Assembly: GCF_006345805.1 (NCBI RefSeq)
Contig: NC_042997.1
Coordinates: forward strand, 178,312,001 to 178,376,000
Length of the DNA stretch: 64,000 nucleotides
From: Octopus sinensis
Lineage: Eukaryota
Direction: 5' to 3'
A program made the translations under genes and the position numbers. Below the pieces are notes generated by a model. That model was not told the origin of the DNA. It saw nothing but the letters and a program-made list of their open reading frames with translations, and ran no database searches. Positions within the stretch are counted from its first letter, which is position 1, and every line of letters begins with the position of its first letter. Of the stretch, positions 48,961 to 62,195 are shown piece by piece.

Positions 48961-51900
48961 GGATGTCCTTTTCTAATCTTAGACTTCTACCCTATGTTTT
49001 GGTGTAGAAGCATCAATTAACTTCATCTTCACTAATAATATTCATTAAATTATTGTTAGTTGGGTGGCATGGTAGAAATATTAGAGCTCAAGATTAAAAG
49101 ACTAACAGCATCTAGTGTGTTTTTATGTTCTGGGTTCAAATCTTGTTGAGGTCAACTTATCTTTTATTCTTCTACTGTTATCTCTGGAAGTATCAGTTAA
49201 CTGCTGGGGTTGGATAAATCAACAACAAACCTTTCCCTAATATTTATGGACAATCATCATCATCAAATCTCTTGAAATTCAAAGTTGAAAACTTACTGTA
49301 GTTGACTTTGCTGTTCATCCTTCGGGTATCAATAAATTAATTAGAAGACAAATACAGGGGTCAGTTTAATGGACTATATCACTTCTTCTAAACCTCTGAT
49401 CCTGTGCCAATAAAAGAAAAGAAAAGATTGTTGTTGTTTTTTTGCACCTGTACAGACATGATTTTATATCCTCTGTGGAATTTGTATATTTATGAAGTGC
49501 TACTGAAGAAAGACTTCTTTTTGAATGTTTTTCTTCAGGCTATCCTTAAAATATTTTGGACATCTCCCCATATTGGGGAAGTTATACAATCTGTTGGTTC
49601 TGGACATTTTTAACATAATTTTATTGTATTTACATTCAACTTAAGATGGCTTTCTTCCAGAAAAACAGTGTTCAATAAAAAAAAAAAAAATAATTAATAT
49701 GAAAGACATAAACAACAAAAAGAAAAGAATTTAATTATGTAGTTGGATGTACTTATTCAATACAAAGAAAAAAATGATAGTTTGGAAGATAAGAATAATA
49801 TTAATTCAAGCATTTCTTGTTATGTGGCTTGCAATAACAACAAAAATACACATACGCTGTTTGCCAAATGAAGTAAAGAATGAAAAAGCTATGTCGAGTA
49901 ACAAAAATGAGAATATCAATTTTTCTTTTGATAATGGCACCTGTAACCAAGTGCTGGACACGAATCATCTGGCTAAGAAAATTTGTTTTGGCAGGAATTG
50001 TATGAGTAGAAAGAGCATGTCTCTGCCAGCACTCTTCATCCAAGAGTGAGAGAGGATTGAAGCTATGTGTCTCTGTATTGGCATGAGTAGAGCAAGTTTA
50101 TTTGTACTCTCAAAAATACAGCTGGAGGTAGCTTTGTCCAATGTATAAAGCAAGAGCTTCTCTGTTAGCTGGAGTAGGGCTTAGGGTTTATACACCTAGT
50201 TCTTAAAAATGAGGGTGGGGTGAAAGAAGCAAGCTAAGCTGGTGCATCATGCACTAGTTCATAATGGAATGCTGTAATGCAAAGGCCAAAGTGGAGGAGA
50301 TTGGCAATGATGTTTGTCCTTGGTTCATTATTACCTTTGTGGCATTCTGTGGACAGGTGGTAAGTGTTGAGGTAACCAGGTATGATGTAATCAGGTTGAA
50401 TTCCAATGAACATGCAGTGACTTCTGAAGACTTCAGAAGTATTCAGAGCTGTACTTCATTAAAGGTACTAATGGAAAGGTCATAAGACTGGTTGTGCAGA
50501 GCAGAAGGCTTAACAAGCAAAACTGTGACAGTCAGGGCTGGTTTTAGGCTTTCTTCCTTGAGAAATGAAGTAAAAGTGAACAGCAGATGTAGCAACAATA
50601 ACAGCAGGTCACAGAAATGCCTGTTTCCAGAATATTGGTCCTAGCTCCAAGGACGACCAAAAAACTTCTCTTGTTCTCAGTCCGAGAAACCAATGACCAG
50701 GAAAAACCATTGAAATAAGTGAAACAATGATCTTAAAAGAGAAGATTTGAAAAACTAATGACAACAAGGATATTTCCATCCAGAGATCAAAGCTGAGTAT
50801 TCTGAAAATTGATTATGATAAAGAAGTGCTGATTGGGGATAAAGAAATAGGGCAGGATTTAAAAAAAAACTTTCAGGAATAGAGTATTGGTGAAGACCAC
50901 ATGGTATGACAAACCACTGTTGTAGTTTGTCATACTATGAGGCAGGATTACTGGAAGATGTAGGATTCTATTCTATTCCATTCTCAAGTAGCAAATACTG
51001 ACAAGTACCTTTAGATGCACCAGGTTACAATTTGAGAGTGTCAGATGAACAGTCATGGAGTTCTCTGATTCAACCTTGGTGATGTTTCTCACCTGTGTAA
51101 GTAAAGTTGCTGCTAAGTAAAATTGCTGTCAACTATACATACAGGTTTGTCTTTTACAGGTACCTGTGCCACATAAAATGCACTTGTGCTAGTGCTGCGT
51201 GTTGATGGCATGTAAAAAGCACCCAGCACATTCTGTAAAGTGGTTGTAATTAGGAAGGGCATCCAGCTGTAGAAACCATGCCACAATTGACAGTTGGAGT
51301 CTGGACAGCTGCTCGGCTGGCCAGCTCCAGTCAAACCATCCAACCCATGCCTGCATGGAAAGCAGATGTTAAGCGATGATGTATGTGGATAGGGATACCT
51401 TCATCAGTTTCTTGTGTTTTCAATTCTATCTTATTTAATTATATAGTGTTTTGTTATTGAATTATTTTGCGTAATTCAAAGTAAATTCGACGTTTTAATA
51501 TATTGTGTAATTTTTTGCCCCTCCCACCTCGTTCTTACCAAACTTCATTTTGTTCATTCTTGTATGATTTTGTTACACCATTGTATGTGTTTTATTGTAT
51601 GAATGTTGTATGACTTCATTAGCAAATAAAAGAATGAATTATTAAGACTAGGGGCATTGAACAAAGAGGTATTATTATACTGACAGGTTTATGTGAACTC
51701 TTTCACATCTCTTTTATTTTTTACTTGCTTTAATCATTTGACCATGGCCATGCTGGGGCATAACCTTGAAGAATTATAGTTGAATGAATTGGCCCCAGTA
51801 CTTATTTGTTTCAAGCCTGGTAGTTATTGTATTGGTCTCTTTTGCTGAAATGCTAAGTTATGGAGATATTAACACACCAACATTGGTTGTCAAGTGATGG

Positions 51901-52194
51901 TGGGGGACTAACAAAGACACACACACACATACACAATGGTCTTCTTTCAGTTTCTGTCTGTCAATTTCACTCACAAGGCTTTGGTAGAAGATACTTGCCC
52001 AAGGTGTCATGCTGTGGAATTGAAGCTGGAACCATGTTGTTGGGAAGCAAATTTCTCACCACACAGCCTGTATAACCTGTCTCTGTAGTGTCCTCTTCAT
52101 TTTGTGCCCATTTGGCAAATAATGGAACTAATTATCATCTCTACTATAGTCACGAAACCTGAAATTTGGGGGTTGGAGTGGGGTTAGTCGATTA

Positions 52195-52283
52195 CATTAA
52201 CCATTAGTCAATTGCATCAATCATTAGTCAATTGCATCGATCATTAGTCGATTACATCAATCATTAGTCAATTTCATCAATCC
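52195..52283. repeat. 20-bp tandem repeat (ATTAGTCAATTGCATCAATC, about 4.5 copies) inside a family-B SINE
   Basis: Read directly from the sequence. Confidence 0.85.
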
Positions 52284-52686
52284 TACTGCTTATTTCATCA
52301 ACTTATTTCATCAAGCCCAAAAGGGGGAAAGGCAAAGACAACCACAGCAGCGTTTGAACTCAGAACATAAAAGCAGATGAAATACTGCTTAGCATTTTGT
52401 CCACTATGCTAATGCTTCTGCCGGCTTGCTGTCTTAATGATAGAAATGATGATAATTTTTATTAGTAGAGGTGGTGAATTAACAGAAATGGTAGTGTCTG
52501 ACAAGATACTTTGCAATATTTAATTATATCCTTTTCTGTTCTGGTTTCAAGTTTTGCCAAGGTTGAATTTGTTTTTCATTTTACCAGAGTTTAAATGTCT
52601 GTCAAGTATTGGGGTCAATTTAACTCAAAAGTTCCTCCACTCGTGGTTTCATCCTCACATTAAAATAAACAAAAAACAAAACAACA

Positions 52687-52721
<35 letters not shown>

Positions 52722-52937
52722 GTTCTGATGTGTCTCTGATGAACAGGTCATCAATGTTTGTTTGTATTCTTAGCAATAACATTTGCTGCCAGAAACTTTT
52801 TTTTTCGAAAGGAAAAAAAAAAAAACAAACTCAGTGACATTGTGAGAGCGAAGTGCCAACCATCTAAATTAATTTCTTTAAATTACTGGCATAAAAAACA
52901 TATTTTCATGATATTTTTCATATTTATTTTTTTTCAG

Positions 52938-53060
52938 ATTGCTTCTGGTTACTAAAAGCCTTATTGGAATATACCGCTCACAAGACTTTACCATCAATAT
53001 TTCAAGGTTATGAAAAGCGACCCTCTTGGCCTAGAGTGAATTTACCAGAAAGAATGGAAG
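52938..53060 (+). CDS. MBTPS1: MBTPS1 coding exon: (D)CFWLLKALLEYTAHKTLPSIFQGYEKRPSWPRVNLPERME(G)
   Basis: ttttcag| acceptor and |gttatt donor. 123 nt, in frame with 18891-19034 across a 33.9-kb intron. Matches human DCFWLLDALLQYT...PERMEG. No following exon (human NHLHRYSKV) was found before 64000. Confidence 0.93.
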
Positions 53061-53503
53061 GTTATTAACTAATTTTTTCTCCTCTCTATTAATTTTTATG
53101 ATGAAGGTTTCATTTTTTTATATTTTAATTTAAAAAAAAAATTCATTTACTAAATTTGAAGTGTTTATGTTTGTTTATTTCTTGAATGTTTTTTTCATGT
53201 GCATAATATGACGATGAGAGTAGACTATCTGATGAAATTCTTTCATATTGATTATGTTCTTTTACATTTTTGAATTCAGTTCAGAACCTGCCAAAGTATA
53301 TTTTGCTTTGTTTAATAGATACTGCAGTTGATGAAATAGTCTATATTCTAAAAGATAGTAAATTGGCATGGTTCAGTGTACTGCCTGACTCGGGTAAAAG
53401 AATAAAAGGATTAGACAAAACAATGTTCTCATTGAGCCCGGTTCAGTCTCTTAATTTCAATTTAGCTTTTTCATTTCAGCCTACACCAGTTACATTATCA
53501 GCA

Positions 53504-53537
<34 letters not shown>

Positions 53538-55266
53538 TGTACCCTTGTTTAGAAACAAATGAGAGTTGGCAACAGGAAGGGTGTCTGGCTGTAGAAAATC
53601 TGCTTCAACAAATTCCATCTAACCCTTGCTAAACATGGCAAAGTAGATGTTGTGTTTGTGCAATAGACTGTGAATGATACCTATTTTCAGCTAGGTGGAC
53701 TTATTGGCTCTTTGGTTAGTTTTCCAATAATGCATTTACAAAGCCTTCTGAACCTCTAAGCTGAAAACTTGAGGGATCAAATATATCAAGAAATATAACC
53801 CTAACCTTATGACCTCTGTTAGCTTTACTTGAAAATACCTTTGGCATTGAAGTGACTGATTCAGTATTTGGGTTTAACTTGAACGACCTTGTTCAACTAA
53901 TATTTTTCTGAATTTGTAGGACTGGTCTTATATCTGCTTCTCATAATATAAAGAAGAGTAATAAATGTCATGTTGGATGAGATGAATAGTCATTAATTTT
54001 ACTGTGCTACTGCCAATGTAATGCTGTTGTAAAACAGCTACTCATGGTACCTGTTGAGAAGAAGACAAACCAATAAAAGATCCCTTGCATGGTAGCTAGA
54101 TATAGCAGTTAAATCTCTCTCAAATTACACCCTAATATCATAAGATGAAAAAAAAACTTGCCTGAGATTCACAATGTTTGAGAGAATGACTGAATGACAG
54201 GGTAGATTGCCTTTGTCATGAAGTCTGCACTGTTGGGGCTAACTTAGGGGTTAAAAACTCCCCAATGAGTTGCTGTGTGATAAGTAGCTTGTTTACCAAC
54301 CACATGGTTCTGGGTTCAGTCCCACTGCGTGGCATTTTGGGCAAGTGTCTTCTGCTATAGCCCTGGGCCGACCAATGCCTTGTGAGTGGATTTGGTAGAT
54401 GGAAACTGAAAGAAGCCTGTCGTATATATCATCATCATCATCATCACGTGTGTGTATGTGTTTGTGTGTCTGTGTTTGTCCCCCTAGCATTGCTTGACAA
54501 CCGATGCTGGTGTGTTTACGTCCCCGTAACATTAGCGGTTCGGCAAAAGAGACCGATAGAATAAGTACTGGGCTTACAAGGAATAAGTCCCGGGGTTGAT
54601 TTGCTCGACTAAAGGCGGTGCTCCAGCATGGCCGCAGTCAAAATGACCGAAACAAGTAAAAGAGAGTAAAGAGAATGATACTAAGAATTCAGTGGATCAG
54701 GATGACTACAGTAAACCTAGAAGTTAACAGTATATAGAACATTGACCTCTAGGTTGCTTCCCTGGTTCTCTAATGACTCAACCAACAACACTCTTCACAA
54801 AATCTGTGCACTTGATATTATTCTTTTTTTTTTGTTTTTTCTTTTCAAACTTCATTGAAGCCTTCTAAAGATTCAAACATTGATGATGGTCAGCATCCAG
54901 TATTTCATATACTGCTTTTTGCTGTGCTCTGCTATCTGGGTTTGTTGTTAGTGTCTATAGCCATTGCTTAGCAAATAACATCAGCAGATAACTTGGCAAA
55001 TAACATTTGCAAATAGCATTTCTATATATTTAACAAATAACAACCTCAGCTGGCCTCCGCTGATGGAGTTTACTTTATAAGGCATCTGTCTATTTCAGTT
55101 CTATGTTTATGCCAATTCCTCTGTATTATCTCTGTGTATGTATGTATACAAGCATGTATGCATCTGTGTGTGTGTGTGTATGTATTTATGTATGTATGTA
55201 TGTAAGTATGTATGTATGTATGCATGTATGCTTGGATGCATGCATGTATGTATGTATGTATGTTTG

Positions 55267-55301
<35 letters not shown>

Positions 55302-56094
55302 GTGCACATGTGCACACATAAACCAAGGTACTTGGTGTTCTCCAGGTGCTGAATATATAGAAACGATTTTGTTTGTTAAACTAAATGATTCAATTTATAC
55401 TAGGTTTTTTTATGAACTTTTTTTGTATGTAATCATACCTGTATTTGTTTTTTATTGTAATGCAGATACATGTCTAAAGTTGAATTTACTTTTTTCAGGT
55501 TTCTATGATGTGTGGTGCTTTTGAAACTCTGTTTATTGATAATTTCAATTTTGTGGCATCAGAGAATTCTGTCGTCATGTTTTGCTTTATATATTTTCCT
55601 CGTAACACTAAATTGATGTGCAACACATAAAACAGAAGCAATTCTAATAGAAATACGTTTTAATGAGTAAGATCTCTGGGGAAGACAACATTTCTGGTTT
55701 TGCAGTTTGGTGCTCCGATGAAAAGATGTGAGCTTGCACCATCGTGTTAATATTGCATACAGGCCTGTCACTGTGTGTTAAGGTTAAATGACAGCTTAAG
55801 AGTGGGACAAGCTGTCCTACCACATTTGAGCAGAGCTGCAGCAATTCCTGCTGAGACCATTGCAACAGTTGTATCGTTGTATGATTGAACTTTCGTAAAA
55901 ATTAGGTTAAGCACGTTTATTTGTACAACCATGGGTATCAAGGAAAGCCATTCCTCCTGAATCTGATACCACCAACTATTTGATCCTTATATAAGACTTT
56001 TTTCTTCCCCACCCATTTTTTTTTTTAATAGCTATCTAGAACCCAAGAATGAGTCATTTTGGCACAGGGAACCAGTCAAGTAACACAGGCAACA

Positions 56095-56690
56095 ACCCCC
56101 ACAAGAATTGTGCTTATTGCGTGCCACCAGCATGGGAGCCAGTCAGGTGGCACTGGCATCAGCCACAACTACAATGTCCATTTGATTGTGATTTAATTTG
56201 ATTTTGATTTTAATTTACTTGACTCAATAGGTTTCCTCAAGCACAGCATGTCACCCAATGATCCAAAAGTACTCTTTTAAGTGGGCTGGTTATGCAACAC
56301 TGGTGTAGGCTATGGCTGTGATCTCACTTTACTTGCTGGGTCTTTGTAATTAAAAGCAACCCTGCGTCCTGCTGTCTGCTGAGGATGAAACCAATCTGGC
56401 TAGCAGAGTTACTTGATCGATAGGTTATCAGATGGCTGTCTGGTTTCCTGAAGTTGGTGTTGCAGATTAATAGATTACATGCATCACAGAACTCCAGTAG
56501 CCTAGTTACCTCTTCATTTCGGGAACCAATCCCATTGCCCCCGTGTACACCATCGAAGATACTGGATTGCCAGCTGATATGCCCATTAAAATCTCCCACT
56601 GCAAAGATGAGGTCATTGCCACTCGTCTTTGAGGTAGCCTGTAGGAGGGTATCATAAAAGTGGTCCTTCTAATCATTTGGTAGGCCCGCT
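56095..56690 (-). mobile_element. RTE LINE remnant: endonuclease segment joined directly to the ORF2 end/3' UTR
   Basis: GDFNGH...GIGSRNEEVTRLLEFCDACNLLICNT...HLITYRS is followed at about 56345 by AAGACCCAGCAAGTAAAGTGAG, the ORF2-end/UTR sequence. Confidence 0.75.
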
Positions 56691-59600
56691 TAGGCAGAGA
56701 TAATTGTAGAGAAATTTTTGTAACTATTGTGTTTCAATATACATATGTTGTTTTCTTGAAGAGATGAGTAAAAAGGAAAGAAAGAGAGATGGTTAGCCAA
56801 AGAAAGAGAAAGAAATTAAAGTGAAATTGGAGAAAGAAGAACAGTTTGACTTCATCTTTCTGTACCTCACACTAACACTCCTGCTTTACTACCACTCTGT
56901 TACAACTATCAGTCATTCAACATCTCTTTTCTGGAATTCTTTCTGTTTTACTCTGGGGGTTCTTCAGACCTAGGATTTTTACTTAATGCTTTGTTCATAG
57001 ATGATTTTGAAGTTGCGTGCATTTTTTGGAAAAGATTTATTGAGAAATGGTGACATTTCGAGTAAACAAAAAAACTGATGCATTTATGTATGTATGTATG
57101 TATGTGTGTGTGTGTGTTAAATCATGATGATGTGTGGGCGGGTGTGTATATCCCACCACAAGGTACATCAAGTAATTGAAAATAGAATAAAATATAAAGG
57201 CAAACAAAGATATTAAGCAAAAAGAATTAATTAGACCCCAACTTTTTGGGTGAGGTGGGGTGAGGTGTAGGAAAGATTGTTTGAAAATATCTCGTTTCTG
57301 TAGTGAAGCCCAGTTACTGTAGAACTGAAACCAGAAGTGCTAGAATCACATGTAAAGAAAGTAGGCGATGACAGGATGTTTACTAACTTAAGTCAGGGAA
57401 GGAAGTGTAGTTCCTTAGTATCAAGTGATAGATTTTGCATTAGAAGAACATATAGACATTGTATGAAAGTTAAGAAAGTAAATAGTTACAGTACTGCTGC
57501 CATGCAACAAGGTCACCCTCAGCAGTTATATTATTCACTACTACCAACTTAACCTTTCCTAAAAGTAGTTGTTAATAATACAGTAATGTTGTTGTTGTTC
57601 TTACCATTATCGTTAATTTCCTATAGTAATAGCATATAAAGTGTACATTAATATACCTGAGCTGAGGTATTGTAGCAGACCTATAATATAAAAGTTATGT
57701 CATCCATCACATTGTGTTGGTGGGGAAAGTAGTATGAATCCAGTGGGGAATAGTCTATGTAGGTTGAAGTAATGTGAAAGATAATGGGGGGAAAAAATGG
57801 AGCAAAATTTAGATGATAATAATAATAATAATAATAATAATAAGTGCCCTGATGCAGTACCAGGCAGTGGTTCTCGTGGCTTCTGATCTTAACTGATTGG
57901 AAGTGTTATGTACATTTCTGCCATAAGGGCAGCTTGGGGGAGGTGGGGATGAGTCGATTACATCAACCCCAGTGTTCAACTGGTACTTATTTTATCGCAC
58001 CCAAAAAGATGAAAGACTAAGTTGACCTCGGCAGAATTTGAACTCAGAATGTAGCGATGGGGGAAATACCATTAAGCATTTCATCCAGCGTGCTAATGAT
58101 TCTGCCAGCTCACTGCCTTAATAATAATAATAAAGTATGATAAGGCAATGAGTCTGCTGAATAGTTATCACACTGGGCAAAAATGCAGAGCTCAAATTCT
58201 GCTGAGGTTGACTTTGCCCTTCATCCTTTTGGGGTTGATAAAACAAGTAACAGTTGAACACTGTGGTCAATGTAATCGACTTTGCCGGTCTTGTGCCAAA
58301 ATTTGAAATCAGTAATTATAAGTATGATACCAAGTGATGTGGTTACATGATTTTTGTCTTATGGTATATGTGCAATCATAGTTTATATCATGTAATGGTT
58401 TAGAGCTTGTTGGCATGGTCATAGTATGGAAATTCTTGTATTATCCTAGGGATGTATGGTAAGCTGGAGAGGATATCATGTATTACTAAGTCCACAGCAT
58501 GTGATAGATTCAGATTGCACCCTACATTTGTTTGAGTGTTTATATATTCTCAGAAAAATGTGTGGGAATTGCAGGAAGCAAAAATGGGGAGGTATTAAGG
58601 AAAAGAAAAAAAAATTGAACAATGTGAGTTGTATAAGAGCTTTAGTAGCAGTTAGATGTGTCGGACAGAGCAAGTAGCTTCTGAGTGACTGTTTGTGGTG
58701 GTGTTCTAACCTCTGAGATCCTGAGTAGGTATAAAGATTAAGCAGGTTTTATATCCTGTGCCTACCTGCAGATACATATTCTGCTTTTCAGTTGAAGAGT
58801 TACATCTTTGCAAAGTAGATATGGGTTGCCTCTTCTGTGCACACATTATAAGGTTTCCTGTCAATTGTGTAAAGGGCAGCTATTGCCAACATGTTTCATT
58901 GCTCACACTATGTATTTGTATGTGTATGTGTGTGGAGGGCATAGGTATGCCTGTGGAGTTAAGCAGTTCACCTCACTACCATGTGGCTCAGGATTCAATC
59001 CCACTGTGCTGCAACTTGGATAAGTGTCTTTTATACTTAGTGAATTGAATTTGGTAGATGGAAACCACACAGAAGTCTATCACACACACACATTCCTTGA
59101 TTGTATATTGGTGAAGGATGTGAATACTATTGGAAAACTGGTGTTCTTTGAGTGAAGTTCATTGAATTTACAGGTGTGTACTTACCATTTTCTTCATAAG
59201 AAATGTTGTAAAACTTGTAATTAGCCTATTGGAAACTTGCAATTCACACCAATTTTGTTCTTTATGTATGTGTGTGTGTGTTTATGTGTGTGTGTGCTGC
59301 TACTGTATGCCATTCCTGTCACCAACCTCTTTACAGAGTGTACTAGGTGCATTTTACCATGGTACTAGCATTTGAATTTGTCATGTTCATGACCAGATTC
59401 AACGGTTCTCTCAAATGCCACATCTCTATTTGTTCACCAACCTCCTTGCAGTGTCTCCTAGGTGGATTTGGTAGTGGCACCAACACTAGTGGGAATCTGT
59501 TGTAGCCCATATGATTAGAGTACCCTTGCCACTCTATGAGGTATTCATTCACTCCGGGCCATATTGCAGAGCAGGTAAATAGAGATGAGCGTGCAATGTC

Positions 59601-60199
59601 AGAAGAATCAGGATGAGTGTGAGCAGAGAATAAGAGTGTGGTGGTTGAAACAGAGTGATTGCATTGAGAGGATGAGTGAAGGTTGAGAGCAAAATGGAGA
59701 TGAATGAATGATAAGTATATATGATGGATTTCAATAACCAGGGCTTAGTGGAGCGGCTGTGATGACTGGAAGTGTAGATGATGTAATGGTCCAATGTACA
59801 AGGTACATGCAGATTTAATATGATGTGCCGGTGGTATGTAAAAAGCACCAGCCGTTCGTGGCCGTTGCCAGCCTCGCCTGGCACCTGTGCCGGTGGCATG
59901 TAAAAAGCACCCACTACACTCATGGTGTGGTTGGCGTTAGGAAGGGCATCCAGCTGTAGAAATACTGCCAGATCAGACTGGAGCCTGGTGCAGCCTCCTG
60001 GCTACCCAGACCCCGGTCGAACCGTCCAACCCATACTAGCATGGAAGACGGACGTTAAACGATGATGATGATGATGATGATGCATATACCTCATAATGGG
60101 CATGAGAAGTAGGGTGATAAATCTCAGAGAGGTTGAATGTTGGACATGCCAGTGACTTATTCAACTCTAGAAGCATAGTACTGTGTATAGGAAGATCCA

Positions 60200-60400
60200 C
60201 TGTTTGTTTCATTTCTTGTCTTCACAGATCTTCAGCATTCATGCCCCATATCTCACTACCGTGCAGTATTGCACTCCACAGACCAGCATCATCAATCTGC
60301 CCTTAATTTTGTGAGAGAAGGCCTTCATTGCTAAAAGTGACAATAACTCCTTGGACTTTTTTGAACCTGTTCTGAACAATTTGTTGTTCGTTAGATCACC
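60200..60400 (-). mobile_element. Old RTE LINE fragment
   Basis: ELLSLLAMKAFSHKIKGRL aligns to ELLPLLVTKGLSHRVKGRL at about 27545-27602. Confidence 0.65.
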
Positions 60401-60724
60401 TAAATTACAGAAGCTATGAACTATCCTAAAAATAAACATGCATTCAAACCTGCCTGCCTACCTACCTGTCTGTCTATCTGTCAGTCTGTCTCTCTCTCTC
60501 TACACACACACAAAATATATGCACACATATATTTGTGTGTGTGTATCACACACACACATACAAACTTATAAACTTATATGCTCTGTTTCCATTTATGAAA
60601 TTCTGCTTGCAAAATATTGCTTAACCTGCATCTAAATTAGAAAACAGTTGCCCAAGGTATCGAAGTCAGAATCTTGTGAGTGAGAAGCAAACTTCTGAAT
60701 TACCACAGTTATTCCTATACCTAT

Positions 60725-60726
60725 TT

Positions 60727-60762
<36 letters not shown>

Positions 60763-60848
60763 TACATATATATACATATATATACACATACATATATATA
60801 CATATATATATATATATATACACTACATATATATACATATATATATAT

Positions 60849-60900
<52 letters not shown>

Positions 60901-60930
60901 ATATATGAGGGAATATTATTCCAAACTTAC

Positions 60931-61007
<77 letters not shown>

Positions 61008-61140
61008 ATGATGTCCATGTGTGCTTGTTTGTGTGTGCATGCATGTATGTGTATATATGTATGTGTGTGCATCAATATATGCACACACACTTACATATAA
61101 ATGTGTGTGCACCTGCATTTGTATGTATGTATGTATGTAT
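60725..61140. repeat. (TA)n/(CA)n/(TG)n compound microsatellite
   Basis: Read directly from the sequence. Confidence 0.92.
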
Positions 61141-61487
61141 GAATTTTTGCATGCCAAGAAACTGTAGGTATGCAGCGAGGTCATGTTCCTGAGAACATAT
61201 GGAGTGTTTGTAATTAATTATAGCTCATAAATTAGGCTGGTAGTAGGAGGAAGGTTTGTTGTCAAGTGGTACATATCTTGCAGGATGAATATAGCTTGTG
61301 GATTTTGCTAACTACTTCAGTTTTTGCATCCATCAGAAGCGATGTTTACTTCAGCTACACTGGCATTCGCCAATTATTCTATTAATTAGCTGGATTATTC
61401 ATGCAATCTAAATAGGTTACCAATAACTGTATTATTCTAATTGTTTCGTAAATATTTGGGTGGTAGGGTAGGTCTGACTAATTGACT

Positions 61488-61590
61488 AGCAGCAGCAGCA
61501 CCACCACCACCACCACCATCACCACCACCACCACCACCACCATCACCACCAGCACCACCACAACAACCACCACCACCACCACCACCATCA
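61488..61590. repeat. (CAG)n-(CAC)n microsatellite
   Basis: Read directly from the sequence; it gives a spurious poly-Thr ORF. Confidence 0.9.
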
Positions 61591-62109
61591 CATTACAATC
61601 TCTACATCTCTACCAACACCATCTCTCTTGTGTTCCTTTAGCAGAGTCTACCTTGTTGCAAGTTTCTGGACTGGTTGTCTGGTCTCAAGGAAACTTAATG
61701 TTGTGGTACTCTGCATCCCTTTTACTTCAGCAACCCATGAAGTGAGTTATGGTTTCTTTTATCACCTTCTCTTAGTTACAAAGACCCTGCAGTGGCCATG
61801 GGGGTGCTACCATTACTGAACTCCATTTTCTTTTTGCATCTTTCATTATTTTCTCCAAGACTCTTTCAGGCAATTTCTCCTCTCTCTTGTCCTAGCATCT
61901 AAACTGGCCATCTCCAGCCCAAATATTCTACCTGTGGTTAGGGCAGCGGACTCGTGGTCAGAGGATCATGGTTTCAATTCCCAGACCGGGCATTGTGTGT
62001 GTTTATTGAGCGAAAACATCTAAAAAAGCTCCACGAGGCTCTGCAGGGGGTGGTGGTGACCCCTGTTGTACTCTTTCGCCACAACTTTCTCTCACTCTCT
62101 CTTCCTGTT

Positions 62110-62195
62110 TCTTGAGTAAACATTATACATTCTTGAGTAAACATTATACATTATACATTCTTGAGTAAACATTATACATTATACTACATTATAAA
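62110..62195. repeat. Short tandem repeat (TTCTTGAGTAAACATTATACA x3, with ACATTAT expansions)
   Basis: Read directly from the sequence, at the end of the partial family-C SINE. Confidence 0.8.

Noticed and set aside
49750-50520. Short ORFs with faint resemblance to a PLE reverse transcriptase (e.g. FSFDNGTCNQV; GNNEPRTNIIANL)
   Set aside because: The motifs are too degenerate and fall on inconsistent strands and frames; they cannot be assigned without a profile search.
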